Shown in pieces: positions 8,188-10,930 of a stretch of DNA of 10,930 nucleotides (position 1 is its first letter; each line of letters opens with the position of its first letter). A program made the translations under genes and the position numbers. Location: contig SDNY01000119.1 of NCBI GenBank assembly GCA_004524535.1, forward strand, positions 1 to 10,930, in the 5' to 3' direction. The notes under the pieces are model-generated. The model worked only from the letters and a program-made list of their open reading frames with translations, was not told the DNA's origin and did not search any database. The DNA comes from Promethearchaeota archaeon. Lineage in GTDB: Archaea; Asgardarchaeota; Lokiarchaeia; Sigyniarchaeales; SOKP01.

Positions 8188-9855
8188 TTAATAAAGGTAG
8201 GCACCATCCTTGGCAGAAGAAACATGTTTCCTGTAAAAATTTAAATATCCTGCTTTTATTTTAGGCTCTGGCCTCTTCCATCTTTTTAATCTATCATTTA
8301 ATTCATCATCTGAAATCAATAAATTTAATTTACGCTTTTCAATATCAATTTCGATAATATCTCCATCTTGAACTATTGCTATAGGTCCCCCTTCTATTGC
8401 CTCCGGACAAACATGCCCAATACATGGACCTCGAGTTGCACCGGAATAACGACCATCAGTAATCATCGCCACTGAATCTCCTAGCCCCATACCAACTAAA
8501 ATCGCAGCGGGGAGAGATAATTCTCTCATTCCTGGTGAACCTTTTGGACCTTCGTATCTAATGACTAAAACGTCTCCGTCTTTTACTTTGTTAGCTATTA
8601 ATGCCTCTTTAATATCTTCTTCACAATTAAAAATTTTAGCTGGCCCCTTATGATATCTCATTTCAGCATCAACTGCGCTCTGCTTGATAATTGCACCTTC
8701 TGGAGCAAGATTTCCTTTTAGAACGGCAATTCCTCCCTCCTTTTCAATTGGATCATCTATATTACGAATAATTTGATAATCCTGTATCTTAATAAGACTA
8801 AGATAATCTTTCAGATTTAATCCCATGACGTTTTTAGTTGATAGATCTAATTTAGATGATAATTTTTTCATTAACACAGCTACACCCCCAGCTTTATGAA
8901 ATTCAGTAAGATTGTATTCGGAAGCAGGTTTGAACTTGGCTAATAATGGTACAGACTTGCTAAAGGTATCAATATCAAAATGATTTAAATTCCCACCAAT
9001 TTCATGTGATAATGCACACATATGAATTATCATATTAGTTGAGCCACCAAAAGCTAAAGCAACTTTAATAGCATTTTCTATAGATTTATTCGTGATAATA
9101 TCTAATGCTTTCAAACTTTCATTAACTAATTCCATTATATACTTACCAGTTTCCTTACATAAACCTTCCCTCTCTTTGCTAATGGCGCTCATTGTAGCAC
9201 AACCAGGTAATGAAAGTCCCATTGCCTCCACAATACAAGCCATCGTATTAGCAGTTCCCATCATATTACAAGCTCCAGGAGAGCAACAAGTTTCTGATTC
9301 AATAAGAAAAAATTCCTCTTTGGTAATTTTTCCTGATTTATACAATCCAATTGCTTCCTTAACATCACATGTAACAAAAGTTTTTCCTTTTAGAGGGCCA
9401 TCTTCGAAGGTTTTTGGTTCCATAATCCCCCCAGTTAAAAAAATCGTAGGAATATTACATCTAACAGCTGCTAATAACATTCCAGGTATGATTTTATCAC
9501 AAGAGCAAAGCATTACCATACCATCGAAGTTATAAGCCTTTACTGTACACTCAATTGAAGCGGCGATAATTTCTCTTGAAGGCAATACATATTTAGAAAA
9601 ATTACCAGAATTAGCAATACCATCACAAATGGCGATGGTATTACATTCCATCGGTGTGCCACCTGCTTCTCTCACTCCTTCCTTAACAAAATTGCTTAAT
9701 TTACGCAAATGAATATGCCCAGGAGTAAGTTCGTTCCAAGAATTAACAATCGCAATTCTCGGTTTTTCTAAATCTTCATAGGTATATCCACAACCGAGAT
9801 ATAAAGCTCTTTCATATGATTTGCTCGGATCTAATTTATTCTTTTCAGATGTCAT
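8188..9855 (-). CDS. ilvD: Dihydroxy-acid dehydratase / IlvD-Edd family Fe-S dehydratase (substrate uncertain)
   Basis: [65 protein letters not shown] and GHVCPEA motifs. Confidence 0.88.
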   Translation of the reverse strand: MTSEKNKLDPSKSYERALYLGCGYTYEDLEKPRIAIVNSWNELTPGHIHLRKLSNFVKEGVREAGGTPMECNTIAICDGIANSGNFSKYVLPSREIIAASIECTVKAYNFDGMVMLCSCDKIIPGMLLAAVRCNIPTIFLTGGIMEPKTFEDGPLKGKTFVTCDVKEAIGLYKSGKITKEEFFLIESETCCSPGACNMMGTANTMACIVEAMGLSLPGCATMSAISKEREGLCKETGKYIMELVNESLKALDIITNKSIENAIKVALAFGGSTNMIIHMCALSHEIGGNLNHFDIDTFSKSVPLLAKFKPASEYNLTEFHKAGGVAVLMKKLSSKLDLSTKNVMGLNLKDYLSLIKIQDYQIIRNIDDPIEKEGGIAVLKGNLAPEGAIIKQSAVDAEMRYHKGPAKIFNCEEDIKEALIANKVKDGDVLVIRYEGPKGSPGMRELSLPAAILVGMGLGDSVAMITDGRYSGATRGPCIGHVCPEAIEGGPIAIVQDGDIIEIDIEKRKLNLLISDDELNDRLKRWKRPEPKIKAGYLNFYRKHVSSAKDGAYLY

Positions 9856-9880
9856 CGTTAAGTATTTGTGCTATAGAGCT

Positions 9881-9888
9881 TTTATAAA
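9881..9888 (-). promoter_or_regulatory. TATA box (TTTATAAA) for the dehydratase gene
   Basis: Consensus archaeal TATA 25 nt upstream of ATG9855, the geometry expected for a leaderless transcript. Confidence 0.6.
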
Positions 9889-9933
9889 TTTAATTGATCT
9901 TAGATTTTTCTGATTCCTTCAGAAATTAATTTT

Positions 9934-10857
9934 CTATTTTTTTTGAAAAGAAATCCCTTCAACTCTTAATACCAGTTCGACTATTTCTTCTAATAAATTG
10001 TGTAATTCTTCCTTATCAAATTCAGGATTTTCGTGGTTTAATTCTTCCCAAATGAAGAAGACTTTATTATTAATTGGAAGAATAGCAGTATTTCCGAAAT
10101 CCACATAATTATTCGATTGCTTTTCTTCTGCTCTAATGATTATAGAAGGAAAGATTTTACCAAACATTTCAACTTCCCCATCAATCATCTCAATTTTTTT
10201 AAAATCTGTTTTATGCATTTCGTTGATAATTTTTTTCAGTTGTTTTATCAAAAACGTTATTGTTAGCTCATCATCTTCAACCTTATTATCATAAATAGAA
10301 ACTACAAAACCAATCATACGAATTTTATCAGATAACTTTGGATGTTGGAGGTGATATTCATAATAACCTTTTACCCCAAGAATATTGATCCCTTCTTCTT
10401 TTCTTTGAGTTTTTACGATCCAGCCGTTCTTTAATAAGGACTCAAAATATGGCTGAATAAAGGGATCTAAATCATCATATGTTAGATTTAGACCACTCAC
10501 ATATACATTCTGGAGGGTCTCAATTACTTTTACCCTAAGGCCTTTCAAGTAATCTAATTCCTTCTTCTTCTTTATAAAAATTTTATTAAAATATTCTTTC
10601 GGGTCTGTCGCAATAAAAATTTTTAGATTTTTCCCTTCCTCATCTAATAAGTTTTCCTTAACACATTCTTTTTCAATTAATCTTTTTAAAATAGAATATA
10701 GCGTTGTTCTCTCAATGAATGGTAATTCTTCTCTAAGCTTCCTTACGATGGTACCTCTTTTTCCATATTTTATGAGAGTATAATAAATCTGTGCTTCATT
10801 AGAATCAAGATCCATTCTCTGTAATGCATCTATCAATGATTTTTCTAGTTCTACCAT
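9934..10857 (-). CDS. TrmB-like winged helix-turn-helix transcriptional regulator with uncharacterised C-terminal domain
   Basis: N-terminus LQRMDLDSNEAQIYYTL...RTTLYSILKRLIEKECV...FIATDP followed by a coiled-coil-like helix, as in TrmB-family N-terminal domains. Confidence 0.75.
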   Translation of the reverse strand: MVELEKSLIDALQRMDLDSNEAQIYYTLIKYGKRGTIVRKLREELPFIERTTLYSILKRLIEKECVKENLLDEEGKNLKIFIATDPKEYFNKIFIKKKKELDYLKGLRVKVIETLQNVYVSGLNLTYDDLDPFIQPYFESLLKNGWIVKTQRKEEGINILGVKGYYEYHLQHPKLSDKIRMIGFVVSIYDNKVEDDELTITFLIKQLKKIINEMHKTDFKKIEMIDGEVEMFGKIFPSIIIRAEEKQSNNYVDFGNTAILPINNKVFFIWEELNHENPEFDKEELHNLLEEIVELVLRVEGISFQKK

Positions 10858-10877
10858 AATTAGAATATAATTTTACA

Positions 10878-10926
10878 CATATTTAAGTTTTGTTGATCTG
10901 TTTCGACACAAAAACATTTAAATATG
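10878..10926. promoter_or_regulatory. Back-to-back divergent TATA/BRE elements forming an imperfect inverted repeat
   Basis: The minus strand reads CAAAACTTAAATATG (10892-10878; TTAAATA is 22 nt before ATG10857). The plus strand reads CAAAAACATTTAAATATG (10909-10926). Confidence 0.55.
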
Positions 10927-10930
10927 TTGA

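Noticed and set aside
9092-9535. 147-aa plus-strand ORF
   Set aside because: Antisense shadow inside the IlvD-family gene.
433-9855. Canonical branched-chain amino acid (ilv) operon
   Set aside because: The two genes are about 6 kb apart on opposite strands, ilvN/ilvC are absent from the window, and the ThDP enzyme motifs are IolD-like. A biosynthetic role for the dehydratase alone is not excluded.

Overview
AT-rich, gene-dense window, most likely from an Asgard archaeon (Lokiarchaeia-like). This is inferred from the HEAT+LRR protein, the TrmB-type regulator and TATA-like boxes 22-25 nt upstream of start codons. Gene order: 5' end of an M28 peptidase paralog (-, truncated by the window edge); a 56-codon remnant of an EFR1-type flavodoxin/ferredoxin gene missed by the ORF track (+); a ThDP-dependent enzyme with IolD-like rather than typical acetolactate synthase motifs (+); a HEAT+LRR protein (+); a 4-oxalocrotonate tautomerase-family protein (-); an orphan gamma-class amino-methyltransferase whose frame extends about 71 codons beyond the called ORF and lacks a usable canonical start (-); a membrane-embedded M28 peptidase (-); a GH51 arabinofuranosidase-like enzyme (+); a divergent IlvD/Edd dehydratase (-); and a TrmB-like regulator with an unfamiliar C-terminal domain (-). 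The main hypotheses are an uncharacterised sugar/cyclitol catabolic module and a non-canonical or lost start codon on the methyltransferase. I saw no RNA genes, CRISPR arrays or mobile elements.
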